A DNA stretch of 64,000 nucleotides from Phyllosticta citribraziliensis (taxonomy: Eukaryota), in assembly GCF_038025025.1 (NCBI RefSeq), contig NW_027117343.1, positions 744,001 to 808,000 on the forward strand. The letters are read 5' to 3'. Both the position numbers and the translations under genes were made by a program. A model generated the notes under the pieces. That model had not been told where the DNA came from. It made no database searches and saw only the letters and a program-made list of their open reading frames with translations. Shown here piece after piece: positions 26,719 to 37,629 of the stretch; positions within the stretch are counted from its first letter, which is position 1; every line of letters starts with the position of its first letter.

Positions 26719-27036
26719 AAAACTCCACCCCGGCGCGTAGGCCAGGGCTTACAAACCTTTCTCTTTCGAGGAGGTTATATAGTACAGCGTTTTTACATGA
26801 ACAGTATTACATTCCAAGCAGGAGGGCGGCGCGTACCAGACTCGAACCGGCGGCACCCTCGCAACGACGCGCCATCCATCTCCATCTCAGAAGTTATAGT
26901 ACAACAGATCCGAAATGATGGGCGGCACGTACCAGACTCGAACTGGCGGCACCCTCGCAACGACGCCCGCCCATTCATTTCGGATCCTATGTCCCCTCCA
27001 ACTGCACCACCGAAGCGGTGCAGCTGAGGGGACGAT
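26719..27036 (-). ncRNA. Candidate structured ncRNA of unrecognised family with two tandem tRNA-like (T-arm) domains
   Basis: Five consecutive hairpins or domains fold by eye, with G-U wobbles only on the minus strand. It contains UUCG and GAAA tetraloops and two 39-nt cores differing by one base. TATATAA lies 30 nt upstream and the first T4 run follows the last hairpin. Confidence 0.65.
26832..26966. repeat. Direct repeat, 2 x 39 nt (26832-26870 and 26928-26966), one mismatch, offset 96 nt
   Basis: cgtaccagactcgaac[c/t]ggcggcaccctcgcaacgacgc is present twice. Confidence 0.95.
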
Positions 27037-27059
27037 GCTAATGTTGTCACTTTCAAGGC

Positions 27060-27066
27060 TTATATA
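27060..27066 (-). promoter_or_regulatory. TATA box (TATATAA) upstream of the candidate ncRNA
   Basis: Minus strand reads CAATATATAAGCC; the first T is 30 nt upstream of the A at 27036 that precedes the 5' hairpin. Confidence 0.55.
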
Positions 27067-28096
27067 TTGAATAGGCGTAGTCACCTCCGCCTCCTGCAGT
27101 CACATCCTCAATTCTTCTCTCAACCTTCATGTCGTCCACCTGAAGCTTTGTTTGCTGCTTCATGACCTCGAAACATCCTCCATTGACAAGCCCGCAAAGC
27201 CTCTGCCTTAAAACCCCTTCGTGTTGAGACAGGATCGCTCCTCAGGTCAAAATATCAGAATGAGTAAGAAGTGGCACAGCCAAAATACCGCGTCGACCGA
27301 GACAGTGACCCGCCTTCCAAAGCCACAGACACCAGAGACAGTCTCATATGAGTCAGAGTTAGCACGTTTGACGACCGTGTCGAACAGATCGACAGTGCCT
27401 CCACAAACAGATGTCAGGGCCCTCGGCCTGTACTGCAGCAGGTGTCAAGAACATGACAGCTCCCAGGAAACAGGCGCGACGCCGAACGACAGCTCCCTGA
27501 CTGAACAAACACTTCCAAGACTTGTCGCTCGGCTGCGGCGGTAAGAGACTTCTTCATGGGCATGGCTGTAGTGATGAGGGACAGCTCTCCCAAGCCAGGA
27601 TGTGGCGCGTCTCATTGCACCTCCCACAATGCTTCTGCGCTTGACGGCATGACGAATAGATACTGGGAAATCGTGTTTGTATTGTTGCTATTTCGTCGAC
27701 ACCATACTGTAAGTTGCTCTCTCTACTTTGCATCGCTCGCAGCGAGTAAACAAATGGATAGCCAAGTGACCGCCGACCTGCGTCAGCCCTTGGCACTTTG
27801 GGTCGTTCGGGCTGCGTTGTCTTCCTGAAGGTCTTGTCGCCTGCTCTTTGCAGCAGTGACCTGCGACAGACTGCTTCCAGAAAGGGAGATATTGCAGTCA
27901 ACTGTGCTCACGAGCGCTCTGGCAGATTTTCAATCCATTGCCTAGTTGTCTTTGGCGCACAAAAGGTCGGCGATTCGTCTCCAAGGCCCTCCTCCCTCTG
28001 GCGCATAATCGACATCTTGTCTGAGTCCTTCCTCGACCGAAAATGGTTGCTCTCTCGAAGGTCGCAAATAATCTTGAAATCTTGAAGGACGCCTCT

Positions 28097-29637
28097 TCAT
28101 CTGCTCGGGGGGATCCAACCAATCTGCTCAATCGGAGACTGCACCCACACCCTGAACTCCCTCTCCAAAGACTCGTAGATGCCCGACATGAGGTGGAAGA
28201 CCCAGCCCTTGACCCACCATCTCGCCTCGAGCTCGTTCAGCAAAACGCAGAAATTTGCAAAGATGACGAGGGCGACAGGTTTTCTCTGCTGCACGCGGTC
28301 CATGAACGCTTCCGACAGACGGAAGAGCCAGACAAAGACGCCGTGCATTGGAGTCTGGCCCTCCGGGCGCTCGATGTCGAATACCAAGCTATAGCTGACC
28401 CACAGCGATGCAGCAGTCCGCTGATAAAGCTCGCAGTCGGGATCCTTTTTGACCTCGATTTCGCGCATGAGTAGTGATAGTTCCTTGAGGTGCTTGGTGT
28501 CGTCCGGTATGCTGTCCCGCTCTTCAACTTCCGAGACTCTGCGGTTGCCGGGGCATACGACAGGTGCGAGGACGCCGTGCATGAGGTCCAGATTGGCCGT
28601 GTCGACTATCAGTCTAATGGTGTGGAACAGCACCCGGTACTCGCACATGCCTTTTTCGCCGAAGATCAGATAATCACCGCGTCTGGGGCCGCGGGCCAGC
28701 GCTATGAAGCTGGCAATGACCGCGAACACGTAGAGCGCATGTCCGTTCTCGCTGTCGACATGGGCAAGGGCCGACGTGGCAGCCCGGATCGCAATGTCCC
28801 AGTGATAATCCATTTGGCGTTGAAAGTACTCCCGGCGCTCATGGTCGAATTTGGAGAGATGGATGGCTGACATTGCCATGAGACCGTGGAGCACAAATGG
28901 ATAGGAGAATCCCATTGCGGGTGCGTTGACGCGCCAAAAGTTTTGCAGTCCCGGAAGCGTGTAGAGGGTGTAGGAGGTCGAGGTGCAGTAGTTGTGAAAA
29001 AGCTCTAGCTGGGCCACATTCAATCCTGAAGATCCTTGGGCCGAGCTCAGAGTTGTTGAAGAGTCCAATTGTGGGCTTGGAGTGCTTCCAGGCGCTGTTG
29101 GAGTGTTGCCATCGGCCAAGGAAGGTTCGGTAGGCGTCAAATGATCACTTGGACTGGTGGAATTCGACGGCCCCATCGAGGCTCGAGAAGCCTGCGAGGC
29201 CGAGTGGACGAAGTCGCAGTGAATTGCATGTCGTACACAATTTGTACAACTTGGTCTTCTTTCATCGCACTGGGCCGATGATTTAGAAAAATGAAAGACA
29301 ACGCAGAGCAGATGTGCTCTTTGAAAATCAAGACTATTTCGGGACAAAGAATCAGGGAGGAGTATCAAACTTGGGCACGTTCTCAGGGATCCAGGCAGCA
29401 GCATAAAATGCGAAGGGCTTCAATGTTTACGCCCTGGAGGAGGCAACGACAAAGCAGATTTCCAAACAAGGCTGACGAAACGACGCTCGTGGACGAGCAA
29501 AAGCAAACACTCACCTTGATTCTTCTTCGCTTGCAGTTGGCACAGCCAAGGCGCGATTTGCGATGAGATCGACGCGACGAGACTTTCTTCTCAGCGTCGC
29601 TGGATGGCACCATGCTCCCGGGGTGAGATGTTGTCAT
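28097..29637 (-). CDS. Zn(II)2Cys6 transcription factor, Upc2/Ecm22-like; intron within the zinc cluster
   Basis: RRSHRKSRLGCANCKRRRIK|CDERRPSCTNCVRHAIHCDF; C-terminal LELFHNYCTST..PFVLHGLMAMSAIHL..PVALVIFANFCVLL. Confidence 0.9.
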
Positions 29638-30117
29638 GCATAGAGAGAAGGTGCGAGGAGGTGGAAGAGGGGCTGCGATAAAAAAAGAAGACGAAGAAAC
29701 GGGTGGTTGGTGGAGGAGAGAAAAGAAAGGTGAATGAGAGGACCTGTTGGAGACGTCCGTCCATCGGTAAGGTTGTCGTACTTCGTACTCGGCTGCTGCG
29801 ACCCGCCCAAGGTGTTCCCGCGACGGCCCGCTTGCCAATCACGGAACCAGCCCTATCCGAAACACCATTCCACTGGTCACTTCCTCTCGAACGGCGCCAG
29901 TATCATCAATTCCTCATCCATTACATTTGCAAAACTGACGAACAAAAGCTAATCCGAACTCCAAACCTTCTAAATCAGGGCGCCACGCTGCCCTCATCAA
30001 TATTGACAACACGAACAAAACCACCGCTCGATGTCCTGCCGCTTGCGCTACCAGCAAGCTCCCCCAAAATTGAAACGAAACGGAAGAGTTGAGAGACTGA
30101 CCTCTTCATCATCTCGC

Positions 30118-31134
30118 TCACTTGATCTCGTGGCTTCGGATATCCGACACTTGCCCCATCTCATTGTCGTTGTCGAGTGTCTTTTCCCTGCTTCGGAGCA
30201 GCGCGAATCCATTGGTAGCGGCCTTGTCACCACGAAGCAAGACGCCAATCTCGCTGGGATGCCACCAGTTGAACCAAGCGCAAACAAGGAACATGAGAAC
30301 CGCATCGAAGACGTACAAAAACACCTCCTTGGAAAGAAGATAACCATCTTGTCCCTGAATGTATTCAATTAGGCGGAAGAGGCACCTGACCAGGATGAAA
30401 AGACTAGTGCCGTAGAGTGCGGTGAGATAGTATCTCCAGCGAGTTTCTGGACGAAGCGATGCTTCGGTTGGGCTCTTATTCAGGCGCCAGTGGAAGACGG
30501 CCGCAACGATGATGAAAAAGCCAAAGAATAGGAGCTGGACAATCAGGCCGATTATGATGACCATTTCGCCTCTGTCCTGCGAAGATCTCGAATCTGCGCC
30601 AGACAAGATGCCGGCACCTGCCCAAGTCAGTTTTGAATGCCCAGGGCTCTGAACGTCGAGCATTGCTCACCCATGCATTGAACCAAGAAAGCGAATACGT
30701 CGCCAACAACGAAGAATTTCGTCAACCAACGCTTCCTCATCATTGAAAGAGGCTCTGCGTCCGTCAAGAGGATGATGCGCCCCAGTATCATGTATATGGA
30801 TGCAGCCAACAGAGATGGCGCAACCAAAGAAAGCACGGCTTGAAGAATGAACGGCACGAGCGTCCAGTGACCATAGTCTTCAAAGGTGTTGACGGCTCGG
30901 AAGACGTAGGCGACGGTCTCGACTTTGAGGACGGCTGTCAGCGTTTTTACTCGCGACCAACGGCTTGTCGTACTTACACAAGGCACCGAAAATGAAAGCA
31001 GTCATGTACCATGTCCTCATCTTGAGCATTTGCGCAATATGGAGAGCTGAGGACAAGCCGAAGAGGACAGCAAAGACGATGGCAGCTACTGAGCTGGGAT
31101 CATATTTGTAGTGGTCGTTTTTCCCCTCTGCCAT
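30118..31134 (-). CDS. RTA1: RTA1-family 7-TM protein (lipid-translocating exporter-like), 3 exons
   Basis: YKYDPSSVAAIVF, APSLLAASIYMILGRII, LTKFFVVGDV, LILVRCLFRLIEY-type and EVFLYVFDAVLM motifs. Confidence 0.85.
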
Positions 31135-32387
31135 GTTGCTCAGCTGCTGGTATTCAGGAGTTCTTTCGAGAGAGAGATGGTGTCGTTCAAATGTGAGCAG
31201 TCGATTACAGAAGCAAATACAGCTGCCATTGCCTTTTTATCACGGCACATCTGCTGACTCCAAGGAAACAGCTTCCTATCGGCAGTTCTCGACCCCAGTA
31301 CCCAGCCTTGCCGGTGCCTGTCTTCCCCAGAGGCTGGTGGACCGCAGCCAAAAACACAGCAACAATCACCAACACAGCCCGCCAGGAAATTGTCCTGAAT
31401 AGTGCCGTGTTTCTAGGCAGCCACGCCAGCAGCCGGTTTCCCTTGGGACAAGATTTCATAACTTCGGCACGGATGGAGTACGGCCCGGAGCTGGCTGTTG
31501 AGTTGAAGAGGAACCGGTCTCGGCATCACCACGATCAACTGCGCACTAGCACCAATCACATCCCATGCACTGCCGCACTATGGCTGGATCCGCTACCGCC
31601 AAACATGTCCTTGGCTGCGCTTGGCCGCCTCGACGTATACGCGGCCAATCAGTGCTTGCGTTGAACGACGACAGCGGAATTCCACACGAGACTGCAACTG
31701 CTGCGCCATTCCTTTGCCAGTGTCATCCTCTTGAGTCTTGCATCTTCACAACCCAGCAAACAAGTGCTTGGATGCAAGAAGTGTGTTGGTCAGCCACAGC
31801 AGCACGCAACAGCGGAGTCTTGGCCTCTAATCCACTATGGCGGAGCGGAGTGGAGCTCCGCACTAAAAGTTATGCACACGGCGGAGCGCATGCATCCGCT
31901 CCTGCTCTCCCACCAGCCTCTTTCAAATTTGTCGACTTAAGCTTTTCACCTATGGTGGATCTAGGCCGTTTCAGTGTGTTGACAGGCGAACGACGGCTCT
32001 GACAGCACAGCCTCCTCTACCAATACGAGAATTTCGATGTGCGTCATACTGTATAGAGAGTGGATTTGGCATTAGTCTCTCAGGCAGCCATCGGGCAAAG
32101 GGAAGCCGTGATAGTATCGTTTGACGTGGTCAAGTCTTCCATTCTGCTTCTACAACTCTTGAATGCGAGAGCGAACAACATCAGCTGGAGGCACCGACAG
32201 CTTGGCAGCACTGATTCAACACAAGGGATATACCATTCGCTATTTGGAATTTTTTATGCTCATCAACACTTTAGCTCATCTATCATCTGCTGTGCTCTGC
32301 AGAGAACACCCAACTCCAAGTCTCGTGCTCTGCTGAGCGAAGGATGCCACACAGCCACTGGATGTTGGCCTTGTCGGCAATACTGTC

Positions 32388-33799
32388 TTAACAAGTGCAC
32401 CCAATGATGTGCCTCTTGTTGCGAGTCTTCTCTGCAGCTTCGCTTCGGGCCATTCCCGGCTTGGGGAAGAGGTAGTCCTCCAGGCCCCTAGCCGAAAGAT
32501 CCCTCTTAATCTGTGAAGTGCCCAAGCTTGTCTCGCCAGTTGCGATAAGGTCCAACCATGCTGCGAGGCGGTAACCGGCTATGCAAGCCACAAGTCAGTA
32601 AAAGATTCTCACTATGCACGTACCACGGTGGACGGGATTCTTGGGCCGTGATGGTTGCTCCGGTGTGACCGGTATGGCGGCCAAGGCCGGGGGGCTGAGA
32701 GGTGACCGACTCCCATCAACCTTCAGGGGCAAACACCAAACAGCGAAAACTCGGAAGTGTCTACTCACCGCGAGCGATTCTCTCCTTAATCACGTCGATG
32801 CTGCTGTCATAGTAGGCACCACTCAAGTCGCCCGTCTCAACCGCCTCCCTACCATCCGGCATGACGGTGCTGCAAACAAACTTGTTGGTCTCGGTGGCCC
32901 ACACCATGGCACTACTCTCAGCATCATCGACGTCCATGCCGTCGAGCCAGCTGGCAGCATCGCTCGAGTAGCTGCCAGACTTGATCTCGGTCGTTAGGGT
33001 CTCGGCCCAGGTCTGCGCGTCGGACAGCGAGTAGCCGCCCACAAGCTGCTCCGGCATGTTGCTGTCCCAGATGTGGTGCAGGTTGGTCGACTCGCCATCG
33101 TACGTCACTTCGATGCCATTGCCGCCGGCTTCGATTGCTTCGTCGTGCAGCGGCTGGTGGATATCACCGAGAAACTGCGCGAGTGAGAAAAGTGGGTGAC
33201 ATGAGCCGGGGACGACGCACATGGATGACCCATTTCAGAGCCTTTTGGACTTCGGTTGTAGAGAGGGTTGAAGATTGGACGCGCGAGGTCTGGCGAGCAG
33301 TGAGTTTCGGGATCTTCTTTCTCTCCTCACGGTCTCCTCTTCCCGCTTTTTGCTCCTCTCCATGCTCTTGACACCTCTCATTTCAGGCCCTCTGATTCTC
33401 TCGCAACCTTCGTTCGACGTTCGCCCCAGCCATCGACGAGAATACACGTACGTAATTGGCAATGGCAGAAACGATGCAGCCCTGCTCCGGGCAATCCCTC
33501 TCCAAATCCACATTGCACGTCTCGGGCGGATCATCGTTGGCGTCTATCCAATGGTAGTCGGCGCTAAAGTCACCCTCATCCGTGTATCGGTAGCTGTCCG
33601 CCCACGTGGCCACGGACGCCAGATAGCTGGTGCCATCGTCGGCAAGAATGTCCTGAGCCCAGGTGGCAGTCTCGGAAGAGACAAAGTTTTGGGCGATGAA
33701 AGCAACAGTCTCGTGGCCCAGGTAGCCCCAAGCGTAGGTCTGGGACGTGAGGAGCGAGAGAGGAAGAAGGGACACGACAGAGAGGCGTGGGGTTGGCAT
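32388..33799 (-). CDS. Secreted S1/P1 nuclease, 4 exons
   Basis: Signal peptide then WGYLGHETVA, ATWADSYR, GDIHQPLH, NLHHIWD, GYRLAAWLD. Confidence 0.93.
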
Positions 33800-34711
33800 G
33801 GCGGCGGCGTTGGTGGTACAACAGAGAGGAGGTCAGGCCAGGAACAGAGGGATGCGCGAAGGGAGAAAAGGGTACAGCGTCGCAGAGATATATACCTGCC
33901 TGTACACGACGGGACCCTTCGACCCGTCACCTGGACCAACCGAAGAGCGATAGATATCCACGCGGTACTGGCTGTCTCGCCTCGCTTCGCTGGTAGCCGG
34001 CCTGTCACTCCCGTCGCCACCACATTACCGGCCGGTAAACAGCTGCCCTCTCCCTCGCAGCGCCGTCGTGGCCCAATGCAGTTGTTCCTCCACCACAACA
34101 GCCGCTCTCTCCGGGTACCTGACAGCAGTCGTCTGCGCACAGCTATCTCCCAGCCTGCGAATCACGCCTCGCACCGCCGCCCGTGCAGGCTTGCCAAGAG
34201 CGGCGCCACGGGCCTCCAGCGCCGGAAGAGGCAAGTCGAATTGCTGTTGGTGGTCTGATTGGTCGGGGTCTATCGAGTTGTGTACGAGATGTGTGGAGCT
34301 CTCCAAAGCTGTATCAGTTTCTTCATATCCAGTCTGCATGAGATGGAGAATGCTTTGGCGGTAGGCGAGTTGGGTCGGCGATTGCCGGGGCGGAACAGTA
34401 GGAACCTGAGGGTTTGGGTGCCGGGCGGTCCTGGCCGCCGGCGGGAGTTTCATGTGTCTAAGCACTGCCAGTGTCGACCATGGACGCGTGCATCGAGAGG
34501 TGGATTTATTCTTGATATCCATCGATTCAATCACTAGGTGGGTGTTGAGGAGCCACATTAGCTAGGCCTTAGACTCGACAACCCCATTGGCCAGGATGCG
34601 TAGGGCGGCCGCTCCAGGTAGCTCGGCGCGCCGCACCGCAGGCCAAAGGCACGTCACAGCGTCGTCGCTGCTAGCTTCCAATAGCCAGTCCCAGCCCAAC
34701 GCAAACCATCC

Positions 34712-36650
34712 ATGCCTCCCCCCGACGATGCTGCGACAACGACCACGACGCAGACCACCGACGCCAATGGCGCCCCCGCGACAAGCACCCTCCGCCCAAA
34801 CCCCAGCCCAAACCTCCCGCCGCAGGGTACCGCCATGAAACATCCCAACGGCGTCGGCACGACAGGCGGCGGTCGACCCAGTCCCGACCCTTCGCGCCTT
34901 GCGCCAGAAGACGCCTTTCTTTACCAGCATCACCATTATCCTCCTCATCACGACCTTTCGCATGCCGATTCTAGCTCACACTCGCCTCCGCCTTCGATCG
35001 CGCGCCGCCCTCGTCTACATAGCACCTCGTCGACGTCGGTGCCTCTGATAAGCGACATGAGCGCGAACGGCGGTGTGGTGGGCGGAGCAGCCGGACGCAT
35101 TCTAGAGGCGCGGCGGAAGAAGGAGAGAGACCGAGAAAGAGGCAGGGGAAGAAGTGGTAGCAGGCGGCGGAAAGGCCAATGGAAGAAGCTGTTGTGGGTT
35201 AAACAGTCGTGTATGTGCACCCGTTTAACCAAGCCCACGCGATATTGCACTTGTATGGGAAAGTAACTAACGCACATCTCGATGCGCTCGTAGATCCCGA
35301 CAACTACACAGACGAAGAGACATTCCTCGACCATCTCCAGCGCAACCCGCGCCTGCAGCCCTACGAATTCTGGCCCCTCGTCGCCGACAGCACCGTCATT
35401 GTCCAGCACGTCATGTCCGTCGTCATCTTCATCTGCTGCTTCACGGGAATCGTCCAGGAGCGCGTGACGCCCTTCGCCGTCGTCAGCTCTGGCAGCCTAG
35501 GCACAGTGCTCGGCTGGGCGCTTTGGGACCTCTGGGTCGGGCAAGAGGAGGATGCTGAGGCAAAGGCAGACCCGGGGGATGAAAAGCCAACAGACGCTGA
35601 CCTCGACGTTGTTGCGAGAAGTAATTTGGGCGATGCGACTGCTGCGAAGCTGGACGGTACGGCACAGGAAGAAGTCTCGAGTACCAGTTCTACCAGCTCG
35701 GGTGGACACGCGGCGGCTACAGCTGTTGCTGCGGCTGCGGCTACGGGGCTGGGTTTGTTGCTGCCGACGTCAGTCGCAAACTCGAATGCCAATTCAAACG
35801 CCAACTCCAAACCCAACTCCAACAGCGGTGGGCAGGACAGCAACGGACATTCGCGCGGAGCCAGCGTGGCGTCTGTCGTATCAAGCGGCTCCGCAGTGTC
35901 TGGCAATTCTGCCGGCCACTCGACGGGCGGCGAGATTTCATCTCCCGCCTCGCACGCGCACCACCATCCGCCGCTCGAGTCATGGTCGACGCGAAACCAA
36001 CGGCGCGTCACGACCATCAAGTCCGCCGTCCTCATCTACTGCGCATTGCTGGGCCTGAGCCCGATTCTCAAGTCTTTGACCAAGTCGACGACGAGCGATT
36101 CCATTTGGGCCATGACGAGCGTGCTCATGTGCATCAACGTTTGCTTCTTTGACTATGGCGGTGGAGTTGGTGCCAAGTAAGTCTATTCGTCTATGTCTAT
36201 GGTCTAATCTACAAGTCTAGTGTTACGTAGGCCTGAGTTCTAATGGCGGACAGGTTCCCCGCGTCGCTCTCTACCAACGCCGCCATCATGGCTGCCTCGG
36301 TGCTGGCCTCGCGCCTAGAGTCGACGACTGACGTCTTTTCCTTTCTACTCTTCTCGATCGAAGTGTTTGGTCTCTTCCCCGTCTTCCGGCGCCATTTGCG
36401 CTTCGTTTCCTGGCGCGGCCACCTGACGCTGACCATCTTCCTCGTGATGGGCGCGGGCGCGGGGTTCTCGCTCGCCGTCTCTGGCGGCACGTGGAAGGCG
36501 GCCATCACGGGCGTGGTGCTAGGGAACATCCTGACCGGCCTGGTCATGGGCATTTGCAGCTGGTGGTTGATCGGGCTGCAAAAGTACAAGAACGAAATTC
36601 ACGGGCCTTGGGATCCGGCGCAGCCGATTATCCGTAGGCGGTGGGATTGA
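34712..36650 (+). CDS. GPI2: GPI-GlcNAc transferase subunit Gpi2/PIG-C; introns 35211-35293 and ~36178-36253; start codon uncertain (34712, 34835 or 35057)
   Basis: WKKLLWVKQSYPDNYTD, LSPILKSLTKSTTSDSIWA, SLSTNAAIMAASVLASRL, LQKYKNEIHGPWDPA. Confidence 0.92.
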
Positions 36651-36663
36651 TCTTGATGCTTGT

Positions 36664-37629
36664 TCACGTTGTCGAAGGCATTTCCTTTCTCTGGAGGTAA
36701 TCCTCGAATGTGCAAGCGCCGCTTGCGGGCCACGTGTCGGACGGCGTGAGCTTCAGGGCCGATTCGACATGGCGGAGATGGCCTTGCTTTGCAAGATGGC
36801 GTAGGGCAACCACTTCCAAAGCGATCTTTCCCTCTTGCTGGTTTCTCTCCCATCGAATCAGTTTGCCCTCGCCCAGGGGTCCTTCTCGGTGGTTTTCATG
36901 CCCCGCGACCATGCCCCACATGCGGTCGACAATATCATCTGTGGGCACGTCGTCGGTGCCGGTGTAAAAGGCGGCATCCCACGGCTTGCGGCGCTCCATG
37001 GCCGTCCCGGCAGCGTAACTCCCCGTCAGAACGACGCGGTCGAGGCCATCAATGTTGCACAACAAGCGGCGCAAGATATCCCAGAGGTGTCTGCGTGTCA
37101 CTCTGACGCGGGGCCAGGCCTCGAAGTTCAAGACGACGGTGTTGAGAGCGGGAGCGTCCTCGGCGAGGCAGCCCATGGTCTTGGCCCAGGCGGTGCCGGC
37201 GGGATAGGCGCAGTAGCTGGGCCATTCGAGGCGGGGCACGGTGCGGCCGAGCGAGTCGACGTGCGTGGTGCTCCAGGGGCTGACGTCGCGGATGTCGAGC
37301 TCGAGGGTGCGCACGGCGGCGCGCAAAAAGGGCGGCAGCGAGGTCAGGAAGGCGTGGCAGTGCTGGGCTGAGGTGAAGCGGAAGACGTTGTTCTGGTACA
37401 GGATGTGGACGGGGCACTCGTCGTGGATGTGTCGGCAGGTTCGCAACAGGCCAGCGCCCAGCGGTGGGATCGAGTGGTGGGCGCTCTTGGGGAAGGATAC
37501 CGTGTTGTTGGGAAAGAGGGCGTCGGCAACGGGCGTCGCGGTGGTCAGGGCTAGGTGGTAGATGCGGTTGCGTATCTCGCCAGGCAGCGAGAGGAAGTGG
37601 GATTGGTGAGTGGACGTGGTGGTGGGCAT
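36664..37629 (-). CDS. Hypothetical protein with N-terminal F-box-like motif
   Basis: FLSLPGEIRNRIYHLAL and LLRTCRHIHDE..ILYQNNVFRF, a pattern typical of a large fungal F-box-like family; 321-aa intronless ORF. Confidence 0.75.
   Translation of the reverse strand: MPTTTSTHQSHFLSLPGEIRNRIYHLALTTATPVADALFPNNTVSFPKSAHHSIPPLGAGLLRTCRHIHDECPVHILYQNNVFRFTSAQHCHAFLTSLPPFLRAAVRTLELDIRDVSPWSTTHVDSLGRTVPRLEWPSYCAYPAGTAWAKTMGCLAEDAPALNTVVLNFEAWPRVRVTRRHLWDILRRLLCNIDGLDRVVLTGSYAAGTAMERRKPWDAAFYTGTDDVPTDDIVDRMWGMVAGHENHREGPLGEGKLIRWERNQQEGKIALEVVALRHLAKQGHLRHVESALKLTPSDTWPASGACTFEDYLQRKEMPSTT

Noticed and set aside
26740..26756. GGGCTTAC on the plus strand resembling the 3' P4 strand of RNase P/MRP RNA
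   Set aside because: No matching upstream GAAAGUCCC/GGAAAUUC-type 5' P4 strand; wobble pairs favour the minus strand
26825..26966. Interpretation of the repeats as canonical tRNA genes, a CRISPR array or an HDV-like ribozyme
   Set aside because: No D-stem or anticodon arm (only 15 nt between helix and T-arm); only two copies in a eukaryote with no cas genes; CCCTCGC lacks the P3/P1 pairing needed for an HDV fold
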